From IMG/VR virus record IMGVR_UViG_648276668_000008, positions 1 to 11,405 of that record: a stretch of DNA of 11,405 bases. The stretch is one strand, 5' to 3'. The position numbers and the translations under genes are program-made. A model generated the notes under the pieces. That model saw only the letters and a list, made by a program, of their open reading frames with translations. It was not told where the DNA came from and did no database searches. Shown one piece after another: positions 1 to 7,093 of the stretch (position 1 is its first letter; each line of letters starts with the position of its first letter). This DNA comes from a virus. Taxonomy: Duplodnaviria; Heunggongvirae; Uroviricota; Caudoviricetes.

Positions 1-253
1 CACAAGACTCTTCTGCATTCGACGGCGGTTCTAGTCAGTAGTAGATGTTTAAGGCGTGGCAGAGACATTTCATCCTTACTCTACGGCATTGGTCCACATA
101 CAAATCGTGGTTGTGACACTTCACTTATCATCAGTGAGCGAACAGAGAATAGTTCAGTGATTTGAGTAATTAACCTGATTAAATGAAGAGGCATGATAAA
201 TGATAATACTCTGGCTTTATCGTTAATTACTTAATTCCACATGTAAGCAATTT

Positions 254-280
254 GCCCGCTTGGCATAGCGGGCATTTTTT
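254..280 (+). terminator. Rho-independent terminator-like hairpin in the left flank, outside the element
   Basis: Stem GCCCGCT (254-260), loop TGGCAT, stem AGCGGGC (267-273), then A + TTTTTT (274-280). Confidence 0.45.
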
Positions 281-466
281 CCAGGTACTTTTGAATGAGT
301 ACTGATGGATAAATACATTGCAGTGGCGTGCCACGTACCAAAACACCAGCCCTCATTCGAAACTACCTACCGCACTGCTTCTTTAAAATGGCGTTAGTCG
401 TGAAATATTGACCGCCATCGAGTCCCCCTTGTAACCTTAACTCTTCCTGATACGTGAATAATGATT

Positions 467-511
467 TGGTGGCCCTTGCTGGACTTGAACCAGCGACCAG
501 GCGATTATGAG
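467..511 (-). repeat. att direct repeat: ~45-nt fragment matching the 3' part of a tRNA (CAU-type anticodon loop through T-arm and CCA); not a complete tRNA
   Basis: Reverse complement reads ACTCATAATCGCCTGGTCGCTGGTTCAAGTCCAGCAAGGGCCACCA (anticodon loop CUCAUAA, T-arm GCTGG-TTCAAGT-CCAGC, acceptor 3' strand + CCA). Sequence 5' of it cannot form a D-arm or acceptor 5' strand. A second CCA-end copy starts at 11392. From memory it resembles the E. coli ileX/ileY-type tRNA 3' half. Confidence 0.7.
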
Positions 512-618
512 TTGGTTGATAACCCTTTACTTACAGATACTTAGCGATACTTTTCAATACCTTAGCATTTTTTAAAACTACTGTATAAATACCTGTATAT
601 ACCCCAAAATACTTCTTT

Positions 619-669
619 ACGGTATCCTATAGGTATCCTGGAACAGAACAAGCGATTTTCCAGGATACC
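619..669. promoter_or_regulatory. Candidate integrase arm-type binding sites: tandem GGTATCCT-ATA-GGTATCCT plus an inverted copy CCAGGATACC
   Basis: The 21-bp block ACGGTATCCTATAGGTATCCT (619-639) recurs exactly at 11324-11344 near the other end. GGTATCCTGG (632-641) has its inverted complement CCAGGATACC at 660-669, about 25 bp upstream of the int start. Confidence 0.5.
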
Positions 670-692
670 AGATCGCTTGGTGGGGTGTATGA

Positions 693-2126
693 GTGAAATT
701 ATTCAGATTCTCTAAAGTAAAAATTGCAGAACTGCCAACGCCGGAACATGGACAGGTCGAATATGGTGATACGGAGGTTAACGGGCTGCGTGTCCGTGTA
801 GGTTCGTCTGGTGTGAAAAGTTTCTGCATTTCCCGTAAGCGTAACGGAAAATTTATTCGTGCAACGCTGGGGCGTTTTCCTGATCTGAGCGTGGATAATG
901 CCAGGGCTAAAGCTATGGAACTCCTTGGCGAAGTCGCCACAACGGGGATAAATCCGAACATAGCAAAGCGCACTAACAACAAGGCCATGATAACGCTGAG
1001 TGAGGCGATTGACGCCTACGTAAAAAATCGTGGCCACCGCCTGAAACCCTCCACAGAAAAACAGTACCGCAGCATATTACAGAATTATTCCGGTGACTGG
1101 ATGGCCCATACCCTCGCCAGTATTTCCCGCGAACGGGTGGAACAACGGCATAAGGCCATCACTGATGGGGCTGTATGGTTCGGTGCTGATAAAACCACGT
1201 TACGGGCTGGGGTTGGTACAGGAAGCAAGGCACAGGCCGATTTATGGGCGCGTGCGCTGCGTGCCGTGTGTCGGTTTGCGCATGATCATTATCGTGATGA
1301 TGCGGGTAATACTCTTTTACCGGATCCGCCGACGCTGGTACTGAGCACTAAGCGCCAGTGGCACGGAACGGTAAGAAAAACGGAACGTATCCGCCTGCAT
1401 GATTTTTCGCGCTGGTTTGCTGCTGTAGCAGCTGTACGCGACCAGGGCGAACAGAAAAGGGATGATATAGCGGTGACGGTATGTGATGCCGTGGAAATGG
1501 CGCTTTTTACCGGACTGAGAAAATCAGAAATTTTTGGCCTTACGTGGGATCGCGTGAATATGGGCGGTCGTTTTTTCTGGATAGACACCACGAAAAACGG
1601 GGATCCGCTCGAATTGCCGATCACTGATACGTTGCGGGAGATGTTCCGCCGCCGGCTGAAAATAAAAAACGCTGATGATGTTCTGGTGTTTCCTGGTGTG
1701 AAGGGCGTTATTCAGGAGACACGGCACATCATAGACCGGATAAGCGCGGCTACCGTTTCAGAGTCGAACGATGAAATGCTCTCCCCTGTACCATTCAAAT
1801 GGCACGATGCGCGCCGGACGTTCGGAACGGTTGCCGAACTGGTGGGTGTGGGCAATTACATCCTCAAGCGCCTGATGAATCACCGTACTATGCGAAGTGC
1901 TGACGTAACGCAGGGGTATTTACATTTTGGTGCTGATGAACTGCTGGAGCCAGCGTCACGGATAGAACGGGCAATTCTGGAACATGCCGGGCTGGTGGAG
2001 AGTAAAAAATCTATTGATGCGCAATTGATGGCGGTCTTAAACAACCTAAGCGAAGAAGAAAAAAGGAAATTAATTTTTTCCTTATCTACAGATGAGTGTA
2101 ACCAGTTATGGCAGAAAGAAAAATAA
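693..2126 (+). CDS. int: Tyrosine recombinase, P4-type phage integrase
   Basis: 477-aa ORF from GTG 693 with GGTGGGG upstream. N-terminus GLRVRVGSSGVKSF...TLGRFPDLSV...GINPN fits the P4-integrase N-terminal pattern. Catalytic-domain motifs: LFTGLRKSE (box I Arg), WHDARRTF (HxxR), GYLH (Tyr). First gene inside the att repeat. Confidence 0.9.
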   Translation: MKLFRFSKVKIAELPTPEHGQVEYGDTEVNGLRVRVGSSGVKSFCISRKRNGKFIRATLGRFPDLSVDNARAKAMELLGEVATTGINPNIAKRTNNKAMITLSEAIDAYVKNRGHRLKPSTEKQYRSILQNYSGDWMAHTLASISRERVEQRHKAITDGAVWFGADKTTLRAGVGTGSKAQADLWARALRAVCRFAHDHYRDDAGNTLLPDPPTLVLSTKRQWHGTVRKTERIRLHDFSRWFAAVAAVRDQGEQKRDDIAVTVCDAVEMALFTGLRKSEIFGLTWDRVNMGGRFFWIDTTKNGDPLELPITDTLREMFRRRLKIKNADDVLVFPGVKGVIQETRHIIDRISAATVSESNDEMLSPVPFKWHDARRTFGTVAELVGVGNYILKRLMNHRTMRSADVTQGYLHFGADELLEPASRIERAILEHAGLVESKKSIDAQLMAVLNNLSEEEKRKLIFSLSTDECNQLWQKEK

Positions 2127-2845
2127 CAACCCCTGATTATATCATTCACCTTTTTATACGTGAGTTATTTACTTACGGTGATAAAGCCTCTGTTGTACGT
2201 ATAATTAAACGATGCTATGACGATAAAAATAACAAAGGGATAGACGGTTTTACAGAGCTTCTTACAAGTGTAGTTGCGTATTTTGCAAAATCAGCGAATG
2301 CTACAGAGGTTTTTCTTTATTTTATTGGCTTTACGACAGAAAATAAAAAGTTTAAACATCCAGAATTTTTTATCCATCAATTACAGCAAATGGATACTAG
2401 AAAAGAATCTTTTTTTCAGATTGAAAACTTGCCACCAGGCGCAATTAGTGCGTTAAATTCGGCAATCTCACTGTATGCAATAGGAATGAGAAATAATGCT
2501 GATAATCTTGTAAAACTTGGAATATACTTGTTAATTTCAGGGCTTTTTGAAGGTTATCATGTGGATTATGTTTGTGATGAAATATCAAAGCAAGCTATTG
2601 CTGAACATCAAAGAGAAAAAGCAAGCAAACCAAGAAATCATTATTACAATGAAGTTATGCACGTAATTAAATTAACGTGGGAAAAGTACCCTAAAGCCAG
2701 TAAAACAGGTTTATTGAACGAGCTTTCTGTTTACTATCATGGGAAAGTAAGTAAAAACACTCTGGATAAATGGATTAAAGAATCAGGAGCACAACCACCA
2801 AGACCTGATAAATATTCTTCGTTTGAACTTGTTCACCCCCAATAG
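2108..2845 (+). CDS. Hypothetical protein; AT-rich cargo gene with no recognisable family
   Basis: 245-aa ORF whose ATG at 2108 overlaps the int stop by 19 nt. Visibly lower GC than the flanking genes. Mostly hydrophilic, no motif I can name. Confidence 0.6.
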   Translation: MAERKITTPDYIIHLFIRELFTYGDKASVVRIIKRCYDDKNNKGIDGFTELLTSVVAYFAKSANATEVFLYFIGFTTENKKFKHPEFFIHQLQQMDTRKESFFQIENLPPGAISALNSAISLYAIGMRNNADNLVKLGIYLLISGLFEGYHVDYVCDEISKQAIAEHQREKASKPRNHYYNEVMHVIKLTWEKYPKASKTGLLNELSVYYHGKVSKNTLDKWIKESGAQPPRPDKYSSFELVHPQ

Positions 2846-2978
2846 CTGGCTAGTGTATCTTAATAGCTGGCTATTAAGGCTAAATAACTGGTAACCTCCC
2901 CACAGCAACTGGCTATTGGGCTAAAAACAAAATACCCATTGATTGATATTTATCACCGTTGTTACTTAGAAGTACACG

Positions 2979-3197
2979 GTGATAGATATGAATTTAAAGA
3001 AATCTGATTTATCAACTGACCGCCTTACACGTGCTGAAGCTGCTGCCTACCTTGGCGTTAACAATCAAACGCTGGCGAACTGGGCCTGTACTGGCAAGGT
3101 AAAAATCCCTTTCCATAAGCTGGGGCGCAAAGTGCTGTATATGCGCACTGATCTCGATGCTTATCTTGCATCCACTCGCAGAACGCAGACGGTGTAA
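2979..3197 (+). CDS. Excisionase/AlpA-type helix-turn-helix DNA-binding protein
   Basis: 72 aa. LTRAEAAAYLGVNNQTLANWACTGKVKIPFHKLGRKVLYMRTDLDAYL fits the excisionase-family HTH pattern. Start is GTG 2979 or ATG 2988. Confidence 0.8.
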   Translation: MIDMNLKKSDLSTDRLTRAEAAAYLGVNNQTLANWACTGKVKIPFHKLGRKVLYMRTDLDAYLASTRRTQTV

Positions 3198-3544
3198 GGG
3201 GGAGTGATGGCACATAAAACAAAGGCGACCGTAGAGGGCCGCCAGTGGCATAACACTAAACTTGAGCATATCCAGAATACCAGGTTGTTGGCTGGTGGGC
3301 AATGCTATCAGTCTGGCTCGATTCGCTGCCATGCCTGCAATGAGCGTATTTTCCTAGAATACTCTTTAAGGTACTTCTCAAGGATAAACGCACATGGTGC
3401 GAATCTCTCCGGTTCATGTTCGTTTACCGCATTTTTGCGTTGTTTTTTCTTGGATGAGGATAATTTCTTTAATGATTTGTCAGTCATCGTAGATACCTGT
3501 AACCCTGTGCGCCACAGTTCACCGCACCACGGCGCTGGTGATGG

Positions 3545-3724
3545 TTACTCCTGCTCTTTGGCCTTGCGACGCTGGCGGTATTCAACTTCTCGCTTTAATG
3601 CTGCTGTTACAAACTGCCCTGTACTTTCACCAGGCATTTTTACCGCCTCAACATTGTTCATAACTTCATGCGGAACCCTTGCCGCAACTGTTTGTGATTT
3701 TGCGTTTACTGCTTTTGTCGCCAT
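3545..3724 (-). CDS. Small ribbon-helix-helix (CopG/Arc-like) putative repressor, 59 aa; below the ORF-track cutoff
   Basis: Minus-strand ATG at 3724-3722 with AAGGGG 8 nt upstream; stop TAA at 3547-3545. Translation MATKAVNAKSQTVAARVPHEVMNNVEAVKMPGESTGQFVTAALKREVEYRQRRKAKEQE shows a strand / helix / G-x-S-T / helix pattern typical of RHH proteins. It abuts the palindromic operators. Confidence 0.6.
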   Translation of the reverse strand: MATKAVNAKSQTVAARVPHEVMNNVEAVKMPGESTGQFVTAALKREVEYRQRRKAKEQE

Positions 3725-3774
3725 GTTGTGTACCCCTTACAAAAAACAAATGCAGTATGCAGGAAAAAAAATAA

Positions 3775-3826
3775 GTGTTCAACACTTGACGTGTTTAACA
3801 CCTGGATTTAAATTGGTGTTCAACAC
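3775..3826. promoter_or_regulatory. Divergent promoter/operator region with three 11-bp palindromes GTGTT(C/T)AACAC
   Basis: Copies at 3775-3785, 3791-3801 and 3816-3826. A sigma70-like -35 TTGACG (3786-3791), 17-bp spacer and -10 TAAATT (3809-3814) read toward the Icd-like gene and are overlapped by the palindromes. Confidence 0.6.
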
Positions 3827-3923
3827 CTTGTTGATGCAAGGTGCAGAAACGACGAAACCCGGCAGTGCGCTAACACTAACCGGGCTTCTAACCACCAACG
3901 ATAGAAAGCGTATCGAGGTAGCT

Positions 3924-4127
3924 ATGAGAAATCATACCACACACCCGCAAGGGCGGGACTCGCACGACCTGAATAAATACATCTGGCGTTTTATCGCCCT
4001 GAGCACCGCACAACCGCGCGTGATTCACATCGTGGCCACCAGCGAACAGGAAGCACGCCAGCAATCCCCGGCTGGCTGCGTGATGGTATTCGCCGCCCGT
4101 ATTCGTCAGGGGGTGTGCCATGCCTGA
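3924..4127 (+). CDS. Icd-like small protein (P4-type host cell division inhibitor family)
   Basis: 67-aa ORF, ATG 3924 with GAGGTA upstream. KYIWRFIALSTAQPRVIHIVATSEQEARQQ...VMVFAARIRQG resembles Icd-like proteins of P4-type elements (from memory). It is the in-frame C-terminal end of the 307-aa track ORF 3204..4127, which I regard as spurious. Confidence 0.65.
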   Translation: MRNHTTHPQGRDSHDLNKYIWRFIALSTAQPRVIHIVATSEQEARQQSPAGCVMVFAARIRQGVCHA

Positions 4128-4440
4128 TATGTCAAATTACCAGTACCTGATTAATCCGCATTTTAACTGTGAGCATGATATTGCTAAAAAGGTTTATTCC
4201 GCTGCGGATGGGGCTACTGACAATATATCAATGGCTGTTGCGTCAATTGGTAGCCTGATGTGGCATGCGTCAGAAAATGAGGAATATGACGAAAAGGCCA
4301 TGCGCATTGATATGGGTAATATCGGTTTGTTACTGGCAATGCTTGGACATTTTGATATTTCGTTACGGTGCACCATTGAAAATGCCACAGATGCATTAAA
4401 TGCTATAAAGAAAGCGAATACTGATTCAAATCGGGGATAA
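4120..4440 (+). CDS. Hypothetical protein
   Basis: 106-aa ORF; AGGGGG upstream; start overlaps the Icd-like stop (ATGCCTGA). Acidic, no recognisable motif. Confidence 0.55.
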   Translation: MPDMSNYQYLINPHFNCEHDIAKKVYSAADGATDNISMAVASIGSLMWHASENEEYDEKAMRIDMGNIGLLLAMLGHFDISLRCTIENATDALNAIKKANTDSNRG

Positions 4441-4446
4441 ATAATC

Positions 4447-4746
4447 ATGAGAACGTATTTATCTGGCTTGACTGCCAGCGGTTATGCACACCCCCAAATT
4501 ATCCCCGGCGCTATTTATCTGGATAAGAACGGTAACAGAGTAACGGTAAAAGAACTGATGTTTGACCGTGTGTATTTTATTCGTGATGGCTATTCATTTC
4601 ATAGTTCGCTGAACGTGGAGATCTTTATTAGCAGATTCAGGCGGGAAATCCCGCTTTCCAGAAATAACCATGTGTCACGTGTGAATGTGGATAAAAAACT
4701 ACAGGAACTGAAAAACATGATTGCCGCGTGGAGAGAGCAGAAATGA
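4447..4746 (+). CDS. Hypothetical protein
   Basis: 99-aa ORF with GGGGAT upstream; its stop overlaps the primase ATG (ATGA at 4743-4746). Confidence 0.55.
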   Translation: MRTYLSGLTASGYAHPQIIPGAIYLDKNGNRVTVKELMFDRVYFIRDGYSFHSSLNVEIFISRFRREIPLSRNNHVSRVNVDKKLQELKNMIAAWREQK

Positions 4747-6560
4747 AAAAAGCGCCAAATTTAAAACACCAGCCACGTGACAAAATGACGGAAGTCATCA
4801 TTTTTGCGGGTAGTGATGCGTGGGCACATGCGAAGCAGTGGCAGGAACAGGACGGGCGACTGGCTGGCGATAACGTGCCTCCTGTCTGGCTTGGAGAGCA
4901 ACAACTTGCCGAACTGGACAACCTGCAAATCGTACCGGACGGACGCTATCGCGTGCGTCTCTATCAGGCGGGGTTATTGCGTCCGGGGCTTGTTAATACC
5001 ATCGGGCAGAAACTGGCAGCGGCAGGTGTCAGGGATGCTGATTATTACCCTGAAGGAATGCACAGCCAGAAACGGGAGAACTGGCGCGAATATCTGGAAC
5101 GTGAACGGGCAGAGCAGGCGGAAAAGAAAAAGGTAGTTGAACTGCCTGTAAAGAAAAAAGAGCGGGTAAAAGACGATAACGCTTCATCACTGGCGCTTAA
5201 CCAGATGGGAGCAAGTCAACGCGGCGAAGTTCTCCTGGCACATTATGGCGGTGAACTGGCGATTCATGCTGACTCTGACACTGTTCACCATTACAACGGC
5301 GTTGTATGGGAGCCAGTACAGGATAAAGAATTACAGCGAGCTATGGCACAGATTTTCATTGATGCGGAGATCAGCTATTCGCAGAACGCCATTAAATCGG
5401 CGGTCGATACCATGAAGTTAAGTTTGCCTGTAATGGGGAATACAGCCCGTAACCTGATTGGATTCAGTAACGGGGTATTTGATACCAGAACAGGTAATTT
5501 TCGGGGGCATAACAAAAACGACTGGTTGTTAATTGCCAGTGAATTACCTTTCAGCCCACCAGCAGAGGGGGAAACACTGGCAACACATGCGCCGAATTTC
5601 TGGAAGTGGTTACGCCGTTCGGTGGCTGAGAATGACCGCAAGGCAGATCGCGTACTGGCGGCATTATTCATGGTGCTGGCGAACCGGTACGACTGGCAGT
5701 TATTCATTGAGGTAACAGGGCCGGGGGGAAGTGGTAAAAGCGTGATGGCGGAGATTTGCACCATGCTGGCGGGTAAGGCTAATACAGTATCAGCAAGCAT
5801 GAAGGCGCTGGAAGATGCAAGGGAACGTGCGTTAGTGGTTGGCTTTTCGCTGATTATCATGCCGGATATGACCCGCTACGCTGGTGATGGGGCAGGGATT
5901 AAGGCCATTACAGGCGGTGACAAGGTGGCAATTGACCCGAAACACAAAGCCCCCTACTCAACGCGTATTCCGGCAGTAGTGCTGGCGGTTAACAATAACG
6001 CCATGTCATTCAGTGACCGCAGCGGGGGGATCTCACGTCGTCGGGTGATATTCAATTTTTCGGAAGTTGTACCGGAGAACGAACGCGATCCAATGCTGGC
6101 GGAAAAAATAGAAGGTGAGCTGGCGGTAGTGATTCGCCATCTGCTTACACGGTTTGCTGACCAGGACGAAGCCAGACGCCTGTTATATGAGCAGCAGAAA
6201 TCTGAAGAAGCACTGGCGATAAAGCGAGAGGGGGATTCGCTGGTGGACTTCTGCGGCTATCTCATGGCGTCGGTAATGTGTGATGGCCTGTTAGTGGGTA
6301 ATGCTGAAATTGTGCCATTCAGCCCACGCAGGTATCTCTATCATGCCTATCTGGCTTATATGAGGGCACATGGGTTTGGTAAACCTGTAACACTGACGCG
6401 CTTCGGTAAAGATATGCCGGGGGCAATGGCGGAATATGGCAGGGAGTATATGAAACGGAAAACGAAGCACGGTTTGCGTTCAAACGTGACACTGACGGAG
6501 GAATCAGAAGACTGGATGCCATCATGTGTATCGGTCACTAATGACGACAGCAAAAATTAA
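4743..6560 (+). CDS. P4-alpha-like primase / replication initiator (D5/SF3-type NTPase); the satellite pri-rep gene
   Basis: 605 aa from ATG 4743 (GGAGAG upstream, ATGA overlap with previous ORF); the frame is open from GTG 4728. Walker A VTGPGGSGKSV and a possible Walker B LIIMPD. Followed directly by the iteron origin. Confidence 0.8.
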   Translation: MKKAPNLKHQPRDKMTEVIIFAGSDAWAHAKQWQEQDGRLAGDNVPPVWLGEQQLAELDNLQIVPDGRYRVRLYQAGLLRPGLVNTIGQKLAAAGVRDADYYPEGMHSQKRENWREYLERERAEQAEKKKVVELPVKKKERVKDDNASSLALNQMGASQRGEVLLAHYGGELAIHADSDTVHHYNGVVWEPVQDKELQRAMAQIFIDAEISYSQNAIKSAVDTMKLSLPVMGNTARNLIGFSNGVFDTRTGNFRGHNKNDWLLIASELPFSPPAEGETLATHAPNFWKWLRRSVAENDRKADRVLAALFMVLANRYDWQLFIEVTGPGGSGKSVMAEICTMLAGKANTVSASMKALEDARERALVVGFSLIIMPDMTRYAGDGAGIKAITGGDKVAIDPKHKAPYSTRIPAVVLAVNNNAMSFSDRSGGISRRRVIFNFSEVVPENERDPMLAEKIEGELAVVIRHLLTRFADQDEARRLLYEQQKSEEALAIKREGDSLVDFCGYLMASVMCDGLLVGNAEIVPFSPRRYLYHAYLAYMRAHGFGKPVTLTRFGKDMPGAMAEYGREYMKRKTKHGLRSNVTLTEESEDWMPSCVSVTNDDSKN

Positions 6561-6572
6561 ACTTATGGAATA

Positions 6573-6797
6573 ACTGTTCACCACTGTTCACCCTGTCATA
6601 AATATCTTTTATATCAGTATATTATAGGGTGAACAGTTATTTATGAACTGTTCACCAAACTATTCACTGTTCACCTTTTTGATTGTTTATTGAGCTTCAA
6701 GGGTGAACAGTGGTGAACAGTTGGTGAATAGTTTTTGTGAAACTGTTCACCCCTTAACATTATGAATTAAAAGAGAAAATATCAAAAGGTGAACAGG
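6573..6797. repeat. Replication-origin-like iteron array: at least 9 copies of ACTGTTCACC in both orientations around an AT-rich spacer
   Basis: Forward copies start at 6573, 6583, 6647, 6666, 6742; reverse copies (GGTGAACAGT) at 6628, 6702, 6712, 6788; degenerate copies near 6658 and 6723. AT-rich stretch 6593-6627. Sits between the primase and the next gene. Confidence 0.8.
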
Positions 6798-6847
6798 TGA
6801 AGGGTTAAAACGCAAAAATTTTAATTTACTGCTGTGAGATAAAGCCT

Positions 6848-7093
6848 ATGACAGCGAAGCACACAAAAAAATCACAATCGCACGCCCTTGATTTGACGGA
6901 ACACTGGTTAAGGGTGTCGATAAAAATCATCGACCGCAACGCCGGGGAAGGATATGCGAAAGCACATCCCGAACTGATTAGCGCATTCATGACAACGGCA
7001 GCTGCAAACTTTGCCACGCTGACAGAACGGGAGATTGCCGAAGCGGAACAGGTGACAACCATCAACGTTAAAACTGGAGAGCAGACAGCATGA
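6848..7093 (+). CDS. Hypothetical protein
   Basis: 81-aa ORF; stop overlaps the start of the SSB-like gene (ATGA). Confidence 0.5.
   Translation: MTAKHTKKSQSHALDLTEHWLRVSIKIIDRNAGEGYAKAHPELISAFMTTAAANFATLTEREIAEAEQVTTINVKTGEQTA

Noticed and set aside
467-550. Complete tRNA gene at the left end
   Set aside because: Only the 3' ~45 nt is tRNA-like; sequence 5' of it cannot form a D-arm or the acceptor 5' strand, so it is an att repeat.
617-1037. Minus-strand ORFs 617..988 and 699..1037
   Set aside because: They lie antisense inside the well-supported integrase gene and over the upstream repeat region, with no RBS or motif support.
1093-2149. Other-frame and antisense ORFs within the integrase (1093..1344, 1289..1624, 1524..1727, 1880..2149)
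   Set aside because: Overlap the integrase reading frame; translations are low-complexity with no coding signals.
2274-2456. 60-aa alternative-frame ORF inside the AT-rich cargo gene
   Set aside because: Fully nested in a longer ORF; an AT-rich region easily yields short Leu/Ile/Phe-rich frames.
3204-4127. 307-aa plus-strand ORF from the track
   Set aside because: The translation is Cys/His-rich and low-complexity, it runs antisense through the RBS-supported RHH gene and across an operator/promoter region, and only its last 67 codons (with their own RBS) look like a real protein.
4637-5860. ORFs overlapping the primase (4637..4921 -, 4804..5136 +, 5375..5860 -, 5533..5715 +)
   Set aside because: All overlap the primase gene, which has Walker motifs and ATGA start coupling; their translations are Ser/Cys/Arg-rich, typical of off-frame reads.
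6573-6797. Possible CRISPR array suggested by the repeated GTGAACAG units
   Set aside because: Units are only ~10 bp, occur in both orientations with irregular spacing and no unique spacers; they fit replication-origin iterons, not CRISPR repeats.
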